This document shows, piece after piece, positions 1-12,013 of a DNA stretch of 64,000 nt. The position numbers and the translations under genes are program-made. The notes under the pieces were generated by a model. That model ran no database searches. It worked only from the letters and a program-made list of their open reading frames with translations, and was not told the DNA's origin. This stretch comes from Azolla caroliniana (taxonomy: Eukaryota > Plantae > Polypodiophyta). Numbering within the stretch: position 1 is the first letter of the stretch; each line of letters begins with the position of its first letter. Where the stretch lies: positions 9,982,001 through 10,046,000 of the forward strand of contig JBHGNT010000011.1 in assembly GCA_043228905.1 (NCBI GenBank), read 5' to 3'.

Positions 1-297
1 GTTAAGTATCTAAGGAACATGCATGACATGCGAGAAAAGAAAGTAGACACGGTTTTTCGACACATGGTCTTTAAACCTTATTATGAAAGGAAAGATTCTG
101 AATCAAAGGCACAAGGCCACGTCTCGAGAACCAAGGCAAATATATAAAGCACGGAACCACATGCACAACATTCACAGATGCACATAGCCTTCAAGCTCTC
201 TCGCTCTTGCACCCCCTGCTCAGAAGCCTCCTCGCTCTCTCATTATTAGCATCAATACTCTCAAACCTCTTCTTACTTTTCATCTCCCGAGCCAACC

Positions 298-2159
298 ATG
301 CCGCTCGAAGTTTCCAATGAGCTCCGCACTTGGTTGAACAGGCACGGCCTGGGCGGATACCTCAAAGTGGTAGATGCACCCCCCACCCCCATGCCTAGGA
401 AATCAGACGTTGCGTGCATCTTGACATCATCACCAATGACTAGATCCGGTCGGTGTTGGGCCTACAGTGAGGTGGCGACCATGACATCGAGGCTCCGCCT
501 TAGAATGTCCTCAAAGTTTATTTTGGGGAGTACTCGGTGTCGGCAAAGGCGTATCATACTGAAGGCAGCCCTAACAAGTTCTTTGGCGATCTCACCAAAT
601 TTCTTTTGGAGTTTGCCTGTGTGCACGGTAATACGTACAACATGTCGCGGAAGAAGGCAAGAATAATCCTCACCGCCTACAGAGGCGATGCACTTGATTG
701 GGGAATCATCACAGGGGAAGGAGTTCGGTCCGGCTTGTCGGCTTTCTAGGCACGGAAATGGTTCTTGCCTGCCTTAGCACACTACTTATCTATGCTTTAC
801 CACCCACCAATCCACTACCACACCCCGCCGAACCCTCACTCTCCCCGCCCCGCCCCGCCCCGCCCACCTAGGTGAAATAACAACGAGCTTTATAGTTAAC
901 TCAGGAGGAATGGCAGGATGATACACTTGTCCAATCTCTCACCGCGCCACGACCGACCACCAATACTAGGGCCCAAGAGCCAGAAGACAATATCACCATA
1001 AGGGGGCGTGAAAAACCTAAGTCATCTGCCCTAGTAGAAAAACCGAAACTCAGAGTGGCCAGCCCGTGATAGGACCGCCGGGAGGAGACCCGGACAACCA
1101 CAAATGACAGTAATTGCTCATCCGGGGAGCAACTGAAATGGTTCCGAGAAGAGTCAGCGGACACGAAGAAACTCTCCCACGTGAGCCCCGCCAAGAAACG
1201 TCGCAGGCTGCACCGACACAACAAAGAGCAAAGGGAATCCTCGGCCGAAAACCTCCAATTGGTCGTGGCTTCCGAAAAGACTGTCGTTGTCATCCCAGGC
1301 AAAGTCTTGTCCTTGACAAAACATATGGAGAAGGGACAAGCGTCCCGTGCTCGGAAGACGAAGTGTTTTCATTCAAGGACATGCCCGCCGAAGCCTATGA
1401 CTCAATCGGTGCGCTCTTATAACACGACACGACATACGAGCTAATCAACTTTCTCGCTCGTCTCCAGGTTGCCGTAGTAGCATGCATAGGCTAGGAACAT
1501 GTTAAGCAACAGATGGTCCTATGCGCGCTCACCAACGAGCTCGAACCAGACAAGGAGCCGCAGCTCTAGAAAATCGACTGAAAATGACAAACTACGTCCA
1601 GTCGCACACGGATCGAGCTACCTAAGCTCAATAGGGCCCTGGTCGATGCTTACCGAGAAGCGGACAAGACGACCTGTGCAGCTAAAGATATTGCGGCCAG
1701 TAGAAAAGAAGCGCGCAAATAGGCCAAGACGACCACAAAACTATGGCAGGCTTCGGAAAGCCGGAGAGCCGAGCTTGAGCAACGACTCAAAGAAACTAGG
1801 CAAACAAACCTCTCGCCCTTCCACCCCCTGCTTCCAACCATGTGGATGTGTCCACACAGACCGAGGACACAACCGACTCGGTGTTGGCCACCGAAACGAC
1901 TGAGGTCCCTCCACCCAACCATGAAGAGGAGCTCACAATGCAATCGGCGATCGACGAGAAAGCAAAAGAGCATTATGAACAGGCCAAAGCAAAAGCCAAC
2001 CAAATTCGGAATCATGCATCAAAACGCGAAGCCGAACTCCAAGAACGGCTCGACGCATAGACAACCAAGGTCCAAGAAACTGAAGGAAATGCCATGCTAG
2101 TTCTTCGGGCAGCAAACAAGGCTTCTATGGCTAAAATACATGAGATTGTGGAAGGATAT
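298..2159 (+). pseudogene. Extra ORF (ORF3) of Gypsy X, 5' part, frameshifted with stops
   Basis: Fragments 298-666 and 537-749 (ILTAYRGDALDWGII vs IIATYEGIKVDWPVL in 58595-61120) and coiled-coil-like 1842-2060. TATA-like tatataaa at 141-148 upstream. Confidence 0.75.
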
Positions 2160-2421
2160 TGTTGACAGATCAAGCTCAACTTAGTTTAGTTATTTAGTCA
2201 ACCATGTAACTTCGTAGTTACCTAGATAGAATCTAGTTAGAAGTGTTGACTATATCGCCTTAAATAGGACCTTGTACTTAACCGGGATATTCTAGATCCT
2301 CCACTCCTAAGTACATTTAATATAGGATTTACACTTTTGTACCTATATTATCCTCACACATATGCACCCTTGCACATGAGATCTATATATACCTCATTGT
2401 AGGTATTTTTGTATTTGATGA

Positions 2422-2854
2422 TGTTGAGAGACAAGCTCAACATCAGCCGGATCGGCTAAAGAAGCCGAGGACCAGATCAGTTGGGACCGATCGGTTAGGC
2501 CGAATGCGTAAACCGGTACGCAGACCGGTGTGTAGGTAGGGCCGGATCGGTGCGTAAACCGGGAGGCCGTTAGGAAAGATATGCTGTGAGGAATATATTT
2601 GGGAGTTAGTGTAGGAGCTCTTAATGAGCATTGAAGTATTGTCAGTACTTCGGTCAGTCCTTCTAGGACTTGTATAAAAGTGTTCATTGAACACACATAT
2701 GTATAGAGTGTGGTGAATAATAGTTCTTGTGTTTTTCTCTCTCACTCTCTCTGTCTCTCCCGCGTATACTGCGTAAGCTCAAGCTCTCCATTAAACCTGA
2801 GCGTTCTTCCTTCTGTTCGGTCTTCATACTTGCTTCCGCACGCTATTTTTTACA
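2422..2854 (+). repeat. 5' LTR of Copia B
   Basis: Direct repeat of 18083-18512, followed by PBS. Confidence 0.95.
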
Positions 2855-2926
2855 TGGTATCAGAGTGCGAGGGTTGAGAACCTCTCTATAGCCGACACAG
2901 CTTGACGAAGAAGAACAAGAAGAACG

Positions 2927-4611
2927 ATGGATAGAGGCATGGCGAGCTCGCTTCCAACAGAGAAGCTCGACAGAACCAACTACGCGTCTTGGTCCTACAA
3001 GATGCACCAGTACTTGCTCGGGCACGACTACTGGAGTTATGTCGAAGGAGCTAATGACGCGGCACCCGAATCGACAAACAGAGACTTCCCGTCGTGGGAG
3101 CAATCAAAGAGCAGGGTATTATACTGCTTCGCATCGTGTGTGGGCGAACAACTATTGAGCTATGTTTGGGATGCAAAGACGCCGAAGGGTGCGTGGGAAA
3201 ATCTGAAGAAGATTTTCGCTGCGAGCACCACAGCCAGGAAGCTTCAGCTCCGACAGGAGTTGAGCAACCTACGACAACGCGACTTGTCGGTGGCGGACTA
3301 TACCTCGAAGATCAAGGATATCTGTGACTCCCTCGCCTCCATAGAGGTAAACATCGAGGAGAGCGAGATGGTCCAGATCTGGCTCAGAGGTTTGGCGTCG
3401 CAGTTCGGAGCGTTCCGAACGGCTGTGTGTACCCGGGAGAATACGCCGTCCTTTTTCGACTTACAGTCAATGCTCCTGGTAGAGGAGAACCACGCGGGTG
3501 CGTCTACAAGCACGCACACCGACAGCAGAATGTTGTACATAGAGGGAGATAGGCCCCGTGGACGTGGAGGACGAGGCGAGTCGGCGCGCAATGGAGGCGG
3601 CCGACGAGATCAAGGAAGAAGGCACCAAAGTGATGCCGATAGCAACTCCGGACCCTCCGGAAACAGGGGGAGTCGAAGTGATGAGAACCGGCAAGGGAAG
3701 GCCATCGCGGAGTGCTGGTACTGTGGCAAGAAAGGCCACAGGGAAAGTGAGTGCTGGAAGAAGCACGCTGATTCGGAGAGAACCGGTTCCGGAAACGGCT
3801 CCGGACATACCGACAAGGGAAATCGGCAGCGATCGCACTACGCCGAAGACTCCGGGAGAGCCGGAGAAGGATCTGTCTTTGTGACGAGACACGAAGCAAA
3901 CTCAATGAAACAGACCACCCCGAGATCGGACGAGGTGTGGTACGTAGACTCCGGCGCGTCAAACCACATGACGAGCCATAAGGAGTGGTTCTCGTACCTT
4001 GAAAAACCGATACAACCTGGAGTAGTCGCAACTGGAGACGACACTCCGCATCCGATCGCGAATGTCGGAGAAGTTCCCCGTAGCCATGTAGGGCAGAAAG
4101 GGAAACTCATGAACGTGCTGCATGTCCCGACAATCACGAAGAACTTGGTCTCGGTCAAACAGATCGTCGACCAAGGGATGGAGGTTCGGTTTACACACCT
4201 CGGGTGCTTCATTGAGGAAGAAGGCCGTGTGATTGCGCAAGGGAGCAGAGACGGGAGGATGTTCATCCTCGACTCCACTGACGGCGGCACCGCAATGTTC
4301 GCGAAGGGACAAAAACCCGAGTCGGACATCGACTTGTGGCACAAGCGGATAGGCCACGTCAACTACCAGCGGCTTCAAGATCTGCAATCGAAATAGGTAG
4401 TGTTCGGATTGCCCAAATTTAGTGGCCGAAAAGCACAAATTTGTGAAGCCTGCCAGCTCAGGAAGCAACACCGACTTCCTTTCCCCAACGAGCGAAACCA
4501 GAGCCCGAACAAGCTTGACCTTATAAACTCCGATGTATGGGGGTCGGCACAAAATATTAGTCTTGGCCGGAGCCGATATTTCGTCTCCTTCATCGACGAC
4601 CACATGCGGCA
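2927..4611 (+). pseudogene. Copia B gag-protease-integrase N-term
   Basis: CCHC knuckle CWYCGKKGHRESEC, protease WYVDSGASNHM, GAG-pre-integrase LWHKRIGH; stop at 4394-4396; interrupted by C. Confidence 0.92.
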
Positions 4612-7600
4612 TGTTGGGATTACGGTCCCTTCGGATGGGATGGTCGGATGTCGGAGACGAATGACGACAAGCCCGGTTGCGGTTTCGGAACCGGATGATG
4701 AAGATCCCGGCTACGGAGCCGGATGACGAATGTACCCGGAGAGAGATCCGGATGCGGGGACATATTTGTGAATATGTTTGCCAAGGGTCCTTGAGGCTAT
4801 AGTTGTAAATAGCCCGAAAGTCATATGTGTATAAATATGACTTAGGGCAAACAGTTTTAATGTTGTTGCTCATTTTTCTGTTTTCATCTAGAGGGAGCGA
4901 AGTGAGAGCAGCCGAGAGAGAGAGAGAAGGAAGAGGTCGACGCCTCTGTGTAATACCGCCGCCTGTGGCGAGGATAGCGAGCTCAAGGTCGTCGCCTTGC
5001 AGCTCGCCATTGTATATTTCCCAGCGTATAGTGATAGTTGGAGTCTTGCACTCCCGTGGTTTTTCCCGTCTAGGGTTTTCCACGTTAATCCCTGTGTATT
5101 CGTGTCTTTCCCCGTGTTTCCTATTTTCTGCTGCATTGATTCGCGCTTCCTCGGTTGTGGCCGAGTGGTGAAGGTTAATCGGAGCGTCGATTCCCAACAA
5201 TCTGGTATCAGAGCGACTGCAGTGCAGAAAATGGAAGGCGGCAGCAGCGGGCAGCCGGGGATGATGGTGCTGAATGCGCAGAACTACGCCGACTGGAAGA
5301 TAAAGATGGAGGATCTGCTGATTGTTCGGGACCTGTATGAACCGATCGACAGGTCGGAAATACCCAAGGGGGTACTTGAGACGGAATGGAGGCTTCTGAA
5401 CCGGAAAGCCGTTGCAACCATTCGGCAATACGTCGACGTGAGCGTTCTACAACATGTGGCGAACGACACCAACGCATATGAGATGTGGCGGAAGCTGTCG
5501 CGCCTCTACAAGAGGAAGAATGCGTTGAACCGGACCTCCCTGATGAGGAAGATAGTGAACCTCAAGTACCGGGACGGCGAGAGTATGGTGGAACACGTAA
5601 GCACGTTCATGGGATTCGTGAACCAGCTTGCGGCGATCAAGTTCCCGCTGGAGGATGCAATGCAAGCCATCATTCTGATGTGTACATTGCCGGAAAGCTG
5701 GGAGAACTTGGTGGTGACTCTCAGCACCTCCTGCACCGAAGATAACTTGTCCCTACAAACGGTAAAGACAAGTATTTTGAACGAAGAAGCGCGTCGGAGA
5801 GATAAAGAACCAGCCTCCGATCCGAAGATGTTGTTTACCGAATCGGATCGGGGAAGACAACGGAACCGGTGTCCGCAAAGACGGGAGAAGTCGGGGACCC
5901 GGTCGCAGTCAAGAGGAAGGCCCACATGCTTCCACTGTGGGAAGCCGGGGCACTTCCGAAAGAATTGTCGGCATTACCGAAAAGACAACGGAGCCGACGA
6001 CACCGATTCGAAGAAGTCTTCGGAACGGAACGGTGCTTACCGGGGAGCCACGGACCGGAATGGTTCGGATCGGCGAGGGCAGGACCGGAAAGGAACGACG
6101 GCACTCGCGGCAAGTGAAGAGGAGATCATGCTCATCACCAAAGAAGGTGAACTAAACATTGCCGGCGATGAGACTACCTGGGTGGTCGATTCCGGAGCGT
6201 CGTTCCACCTGACCCCGGAAAGAAGATACTTCTCATCCTACACAGCCGGTGAGCATGGCTGTGTTCGGATGGGAAATGAAGGTACGTGCCGGATTGCCGG
6301 CGTAGGAGACGTGTGGTTGACAACCTCGACCGGATGCAAAATGCTGCTGAAGGATGTCAGACACGTTCCGGAGGTTCGATTGAACCTGATTTCGGCCGGG
6401 AGGCTAGACGATGAAGGCTACACAGGTAGCATCCAGAACGGCGTAATGAAGTTCAGCAAGGGGAGCCTGATAGTGGCTCGGGCCCGAAAAGTCAACACAT
6501 TGTACCTTATGAATGCCTGGTTGTGTCCGGAAGAGTTGAACGTGGCAGCCGACACTGCCGGTGAGCTGTGGCACAAAAGACTGTGCCACATGAGTGAGAA
6601 GGGGATGAAGAGGCTTGCAGAAGACAACCTTATTCCAGTGAAGCACGTGCACCTGGAGAAGTGCACCGATTGCCTGGCCGGTAAGCAGAACCGAACCTCC
6701 TTCCACTCAAGGCCACCGACGAGACGTAGCGCACCATTGGAGTTGGTGCACACTGATGTGTGTCAGGTAGAAACGAAGTCACATGGCGGAGCCCAGTACT
6801 TCGTAACATTCATAGATGATCATAGCCGAAAACTGTGGACGGCACCGCTGAAGACAAAGGACCAAGTGTTGTGCGTCTTCAAAGAACTCCACGCGAGAGT
6901 GGAAAGGGAATCCGGCAAGAAGCTGAAAGCGATACGAGCGGATAACGGAGGGGAATACCGGGGGCAGTTCAAGGAGTACTGTCGCTCGAAGGGAATCCGG
7001 CTCGAGTTTACTGTGCCGAAGACGCCGGAACTGAACGGGCTGGCCGAGAGGATGAACCGGACCATAATGGAGAGGGTCCGGAGTATGCTGGCGCATGCGA
7101 AATTACCCAAGGGGTTTTGGGCTGAGGCAATGTCGACGGCGACATACGTGATAAACAGATCACCCTCAGTACCTTTGGACGGAGACACGCCGCAGAGAGT
7201 GTGGACCGGTAGGGAAGTATCCTACCGGCATCTGAAGGTGTTCGGGTGTCTCGCATATGTGCATGTGGCTAAGGACCGGAGAGGAAAGCTAGATCCAAAG
7301 ACCCGGCCATGCATATTCCTCGGTTACGGCGATGACGAGTTCGACTACCGAGTATGGGACCCGGTCGACAAGAAGATATTCCGGAGTCGTGATATCATCT
7401 TCATGGAGAACAAGACACTCGCCGACTGGGAGTCGGAGAAGAAGATGAAGAGCTCCAAGTCGACCGGTGAGGATCAACTCTACGAGGAGCAGTCCCGACC
7501 GGCAAGGGACCGGTTAGCACTCGAGGATCCGGCCGAAGACGGTGAAGAAACAGAACCGGCCGAGGAAGATGAAACTGATACCGGAACCGGCCCCGATCCC

Positions 7601-9905
7601 GAAATGGATTCGGATGAAGAGGAAACGGAGGAGCCGGTTACCGAAGCTCCGGAACGGAGATATCCTCTAAGAGAGAGAAGGGCCCCCCGGAGATTTCCGG
7701 AACCAGAGCACGTGCTGCTAACCGACGAGGGGGAGCCGGAGAGCTTTGAAGAAGCAAAGCATGACACCCAGAGCCGCAGGTGGTTGAGTGCCATGCAGGA
7801 CGAGATGGATTCCCTGCATGAGAACCACACATATGAACTTGTGGAGTTGCCGAAAGGAAAGCGGGCACTTCGAAACAAGTGGGTGTTCAAGCTGAAACCG
7901 GGAGATGCCGGAAACCCCCCGAGATACAAAGCCAGGATCGTGGTGGTGAAGGGGTTTCAGCAGAAGAAGGGCGTCGACTTCGACGAGATATTTGCCCCGG
8001 TAGTGAAGATGACCTCCATCCGGACGGTGCTGAGCATAGCGGCAAGCATGGACCTCGAGGTAGAACAGATGGACGTGAAGACGGCATTCCTTCACGGTGA
8101 CCTCGAAGAAGAGATCTACATGCAGCAACCGGAAGGATTCGAGAAGAAAGGGAAGGAGCACCTGGTATGCCGGTTGAAGAAGAGCCTGTACGGACTGAAG
8201 CAAGCTCCCCGGCAATGGTACCGGAAGTTCGACTCTTTCATGACCGACGAAGGGTACATCAAAACGCAGTTCGACCACTGCGTGTTTGTGAAGAAGTTCG
8301 AAGGAGGAGACTTTCTAATACTCCTCCTGTACGTGGACGACATGTTGATCGTCGGACGGGACCAGGTCAAGATACGGATGCTGAAGAAGGCTCTTCACCG
8401 AACCTTCTCAATGAAGGACTTGGGTCCGGCGAGACAAATACTAGGGATGCACATCATCCGGGACCGGAGCAAGAAGCAGTTGTGGCTGTCACAGGAGAAG
8501 TACGTGACAAAGGTGCTTCAACGGTTCAACATGTCGGAAGCAAGACCGGTCGGATCGACCCTCCCGGCAAACTGCAAGCTGTCCAGCAAGCAAAGCCCCA
8601 AGACAAAGGCTGAGAAGGAGGACATGATGAAAGTGCCATATGCCTCTGCCGTCGGAAGCTTGATGTACGCAATGGTGTGTACAAGACCGGACATTGGATA
8701 CGCAGTCGGAGTGGTGAGCCGGTACATGAGCAATCCCGGCAAAGAGCATTGGAACGCGGTCAAGTGGATACTCCGATACCTGAAGGGCACGGCAAACGTG
8801 TGCCTTCGATTCGGCTCCGGTAAGCCCGAACTTGACGGCTTTACCGATTCGGATATGTCGGCTGATGCAGATACCAGCCGGTCCACATCAGGGTATGTGA
8901 TGACGTATGCAGGGGGAGCTGTTTCATGGCAGTCAAGGCTGCAGAAGACGGTTGCGTTGTCAACCACGGAGGCGGAGTACATGGCGGCTGTTGAAGCCGG
9001 CAAGGAAATAATATGGATGAAGGACTTCATTAGAGAGCTCGGTATCCAGCAGGAGGAGTACCGACTCTACTGCGACAGTCAGAGTGCCATCCACCTTGCG
9101 AAGAACGCGGCCTATCACTCCCGGACGAAGCACATCCAGCGAAGATATCACTGGATCCGGGAAAGGATAGAAGACAAGGAGTTCGTGCTGACGAAGGTCC
9201 ACACGAACGAGAACGGGTCGGATATGCTGACCAAGGTGCTCACACCCGACAAGCTGGAAGCATGCCGGAAGAGGATCGGATTGGAGAGACATCCCATGCC
9301 GAAGTGAAGGGGGAGTTTGTTGGGATTACGGTCCCTTCGGATGGGATGGTCGGATGTCGGAGACGAATGACGACAAGCCCGGTTGCGGTTTCGGAACCGG
9401 ATGATGAAGATCCCGGCTACGGAGCCGGATGACGAATGTACCCGGAGAGAGATCCGGATGCGGGGACATATTTGTGAATATGTTTGCCAAGGGCCCTTGA
9501 GGCTATAGTTGTAAATAGCCCGAAAGTCATATGTGTATAAATATGACTTAGGGCAAACAGTTTTAATGTTGTTGCTCATTTTTCTGTTTTCATCTAGAGG
9601 GAGCGAAGTGAGAGCAGCCGAGAGAGAGAGAGAAGGAAGAGGTCGACGCCTCTGTGTAATACCGCCGCCTGTGGCGAGGATAGCGAGCTCAAGGTCGTCG
9701 CCTTGCAGCTCGCCATTGTATATTTCCCAGCGTATAGTGATAGTTGGAGTTTTGCACTCCCGTGGTTTTTCCCGTCTAGGGTTTTCCACGTTAATCCCTG
9801 TGTATTCGTGTCTTTCCCCGTGTTTCCTATTTTCTGCTGCATTGATTCGCGCTTCCTCGGTTGTGGCCGAGTGGTGAAGGTTAATCGGAGCGTCGATTCC
9901 CAACA
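4612..9905 (+). mobile_element. Ty1/Copia element C (Tnt1/Tork-like), structurally intact
   Basis: 588-bp LTRs 4612-5199 and 9318-9905 with only 2 differences seen. PBS tggtatcagagc 5203-5214; PPT ~9306-9315. TSD cggca/cagca (1 mismatch). Confidence 0.96.
5231..9307 (+). CDS. Gag-Pol polyprotein of Copia C (1358 aa from first ATG after PBS)
   Basis: Uninterrupted ORF: CFHCGKPGHFRKNC knuckle, VDSGAS protease, HTDVC/DNGGE/NGLAER integrase, YVDDM RT, FTDSD..TEAEY..DSQSA RNase H. Confidence 0.95.
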   Translation: MEGGSSGQPGMMVLNAQNYADWKIKMEDLLIVRDLYEPIDRSEIPKGVLETEWRLLNRKAVATIRQYVDVSVLQHVANDTNAYEMWRKLSRLYKRKNALNRTSLMRKIVNLKYRDGESMVEHVSTFMGFVNQLAAIKFPLEDAMQAIILMCTLPESWENLVVTLSTSCTEDNLSLQTVKTSILNEEARRRDKEPASDPKMLFTESDRGRQRNRCPQRREKSGTRSQSRGRPTCFHCGKPGHFRKNCRHYRKDNGADDTDSKKSSERNGAYRGATDRNGSDRRGQDRKGTTALAASEEEIMLITKEGELNIAGDETTWVVDSGASFHLTPERRYFSSYTAGEHGCVRMGNEGTCRIAGVGDVWLTTSTGCKMLLKDVRHVPEVRLNLISAGRLDDEGYTGSIQNGVMKFSKGSLIVARARKVNTLYLMNAWLCPEELNVAADTAGELWHKRLCHMSEKGMKRLAEDNLIPVKHVHLEKCTDCLAGKQNRTSFHSRPPTRRSAPLELVHTDVCQVETKSHGGAQYFVTFIDDHSRKLWTAPLKTKDQVLCVFKELHARVERESGKKLKAIRADNGGEYRGQFKEYCRSKGIRLEFTVPKTPELNGLAERMNRTIMERVRSMLAHAKLPKGFWAEAMSTATYVINRSPSVPLDGDTPQRVWTGREVSYRHLKVFGCLAYVHVAKDRRGKLDPKTRPCIFLGYGDDEFDYRVWDPVDKKIFRSRDIIFMENKTLADWESEKKMKSSKSTGEDQLYEEQSRPARDRLALEDPAEDGEETEPAEEDETDTGTGPDPEMDSDEEETEEPVTEAPERRYPLRERRAPRRFPEPEHVLLTDEGEPESFEEAKHDTQSRRWLSAMQDEMDSLHENHTYELVELPKGKRALRNKWVFKLKPGDAGNPPRYKARIVVVKGFQQKKGVDFDEIFAPVVKMTSIRTVLSIAASMDLEVEQMDVKTAFLHGDLEEEIYMQQPEGFEKKGKEHLVCRLKKSLYGLKQAPRQWYRKFDSFMTDEGYIKTQFDHCVFVKKFEGGDFLILLLYVDDMLIVGRDQVKIRMLKKALHRTFSMKDLGPARQILGMHIIRDRSKKQLWLSQEKYVTKVLQRFNMSEARPVGSTLPANCKLSSKQSPKTKAEKEDMMKVPYASAVGSLMYAMVCTRPDIGYAVGVVSRYMSNPGKEHWNAVKWILRYLKGTANVCLRFGSGKPELDGFTDSDMSADADTSRSTSGYVMTYAGGAVSWQSRLQKTVALSTTEAEYMAAVEAGKEIIWMKDFIRELGIQQEEYRLYCDSQSAIHLAKNAAYHSRTKHIQRRYHWIRERIEDKEFVLTKVHTNENGSDMLTKVLTPDKLEACRKRIGLERHPMPK

Positions 9906-9910
9906 CAGCA

Positions 9911-11522
9911 CACGTGGATCTACCTCATTGAGAGGAAGAGCGAAGACTTCGACTATTTCCGGGACCTCAAAGGGTTCATGGAAACGGAAACGGGACGGAA
10001 GATCAAGTGCCTGCGGTCGGATGGCGGAAAAGAGTACTTTTCCGGTCAATTCAACGGTTATCTACAACAAATGGGAATTCGGCGCGAATTCAGTTGTAGA
10101 TACACGCCGGAGCAGAATGGCGTGGCCGAGAGGAAGAATCGGTCAGTTGTGGAAGCGGCACGGGCAATGCTGGACGAGAAAAGCTTGCCCAAGTTCTACT
10201 GGGCCGAGGCGGTAAGGACCGCGATATACATCCAGAACCGGATCGGAGACAAAGTGTCGGCGCACGAGCTATACTTCGGAACGAAGCCGAACTTGCGACA
10301 CTTGAGGGTGTTCGGTAGCATTGCGTATGTGCATGTACCGAAGGAGAAAAGGAGGAAGCTGGACGCAAAGGCCGAGAAATGTATCTTGGTCGGTTACTCG
10401 GACGAGCAGAAGGGTTATAAGTGCTATAACCCTCGCACCAAACAAGCGCGTGTTAGCCGCGACGTTGTGTTTGACGAGTCCGCGTCCTGGTACCAACCCC
10501 CGACTCCGAAACCCGACTCCAATCCAAGCTCTAACGATGAGGTCAGCGAGGCCGAGATGCCTCCGGATGAGCCCGAAATCGAGACCCGCGAAGAGGGTCC
10601 GATTTCACTCCGTTTAAGTGGACCGATTGGACGACTAAGTCGGTACGACCAATCCGATGAAGAGCCGGCGAGTAGTGGAGACTCGGCCGTGCATTCCTCG
10701 CGCAAGAAGTCGAGGAGACGGCTTACGCGCAAAGAGAAAGGGAAGAAGAAGGTGTTGGATTCCGGCACGGATAGGATCGAGTCAGACCGACGCGAGTCCG
10801 ACTCCGAGGGAACCGGTGACGGATCTTTAAAGCTGAAGTCCGCGTCAACCGAGAAGGCCTCGACGTCGGCTAATGGGAGATTACACTGATCTACCCGCCA
10901 GAAGAATCCTGTTGTGTGGTTCGGATACAACGAGTACATGGTGCATCATTATGCGTACATGACCCGTGTGGCGGAAGTGCGTGAGCCGGAGAGCTACGCA
11001 AAAGCGGCTAAAGACGCGAATTAGCGTGCCGCGATGGAGGAAGAGATGCACGCATTGGCGGAGAACGTGACCTGGGACCTGGTTGACGCACCAAGCGGGG
11101 TAAAACCGATCGGGTGTAGATGGGTGTACAAGGTCAAGTACAACACCGATGGCTCGGTCAACCGGTACAAGGCTCGGCTAGTGGCAAAGGGCTATGCGCA
11201 AAAACACGGCATCGACTACGATGAGACATTTGCGCCAGTCGCGAAAATGCCGACCGTCCGTGTCTTGCTCGCAGTAGCTGCAGTGAAAGGGTGGCACTTA
11301 CATCAGATGGATGTAAAGAATGCGTTCCTGCAAGGTGACCTTGAGGAACAGGTGTACATGGTACAGCCCCCCGGATTTCACTCCGAAACGAACTCCTCGG
11401 CAGTATGCCGACTGAAGAAGTCCCTTTACGGACTGAAGCAAGCCCCGCGTGCCTGGAACGCGAAGATCACGCAACGACTGCGTCGGATGGGCTTCGTCAC
11501 ATCAAAATCGGACTCTTCCCTA
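9911..11522 (+). pseudogene. Copia B integrase core and RT N-term
   Basis: [32 protein letters not shown]; stops at 10887 and ~11022; interrupted by D. Confidence 0.92.
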
Positions 11523-11819
11523 TGTTAGGAAAACTTGAAGAAGGCACTCGGGCTCTTCTTATGTGCACGGCGGATCGTGGTGTGCTAGATCGTTTAGTGC
11601 TCAAACACAGAAGGGAAGGGGGAAGGAGACTTACCTCTGCTTGCTCTCATTTCATTACCCGCAGAGCTCTGCTTGCTCTCATTTGTTTCTCTCTTCAGCT
11701 CTCACTCTCTGAGCTCTTCCTCTCTATCCTCACACTCTCTCTAGGAGTTCTACTTCCTATATATTTCTTACTTACCTACTCTCTTACTTTCTACCTAAGT
11801 AATAAGTTACTTACGTATG

Positions 11820-11907
11820 CAGCTAATTAGCTGCCTATAGCTAATTAGCTGTCAGTCGCTAAATAGCTGTCAGTAGCTAATTAGCTGTCAGTCGCTAATT
11901 AGCTGTT
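11820..11907. repeat. Short tandem repeats (gctaattagctgtcagt-like) in D 3' LTR
   Basis: About 5 degenerate copies containing the palindrome agctaattagct. Confidence 0.75.
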
Positions 11908-12013
11908 TCTCCTTTATGTTCACAAGTAGCTAAATAGCTACTATAGCTTATTTCCCAATAAGCATCACATACGATGTTGAGCTTGCTTCTCAACACTCCC
12001 CCTCAAGCTCAAC

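Noticed and set aside
4997-5230. N-terminal extension of C's polyprotein in the ORF track
   Set aside because: It starts at a non-ATG codon inside the LTR; the first ATG after the PBS is 5231.
3959-5428. 489-aa antisense ORF, and other antisense or LTR-spanning ORFs such as 9148-9906
   Set aside because: They cross junctions between independently inserted elements and have no recognisable domains; expected by chance in GC-rich TE sequence.
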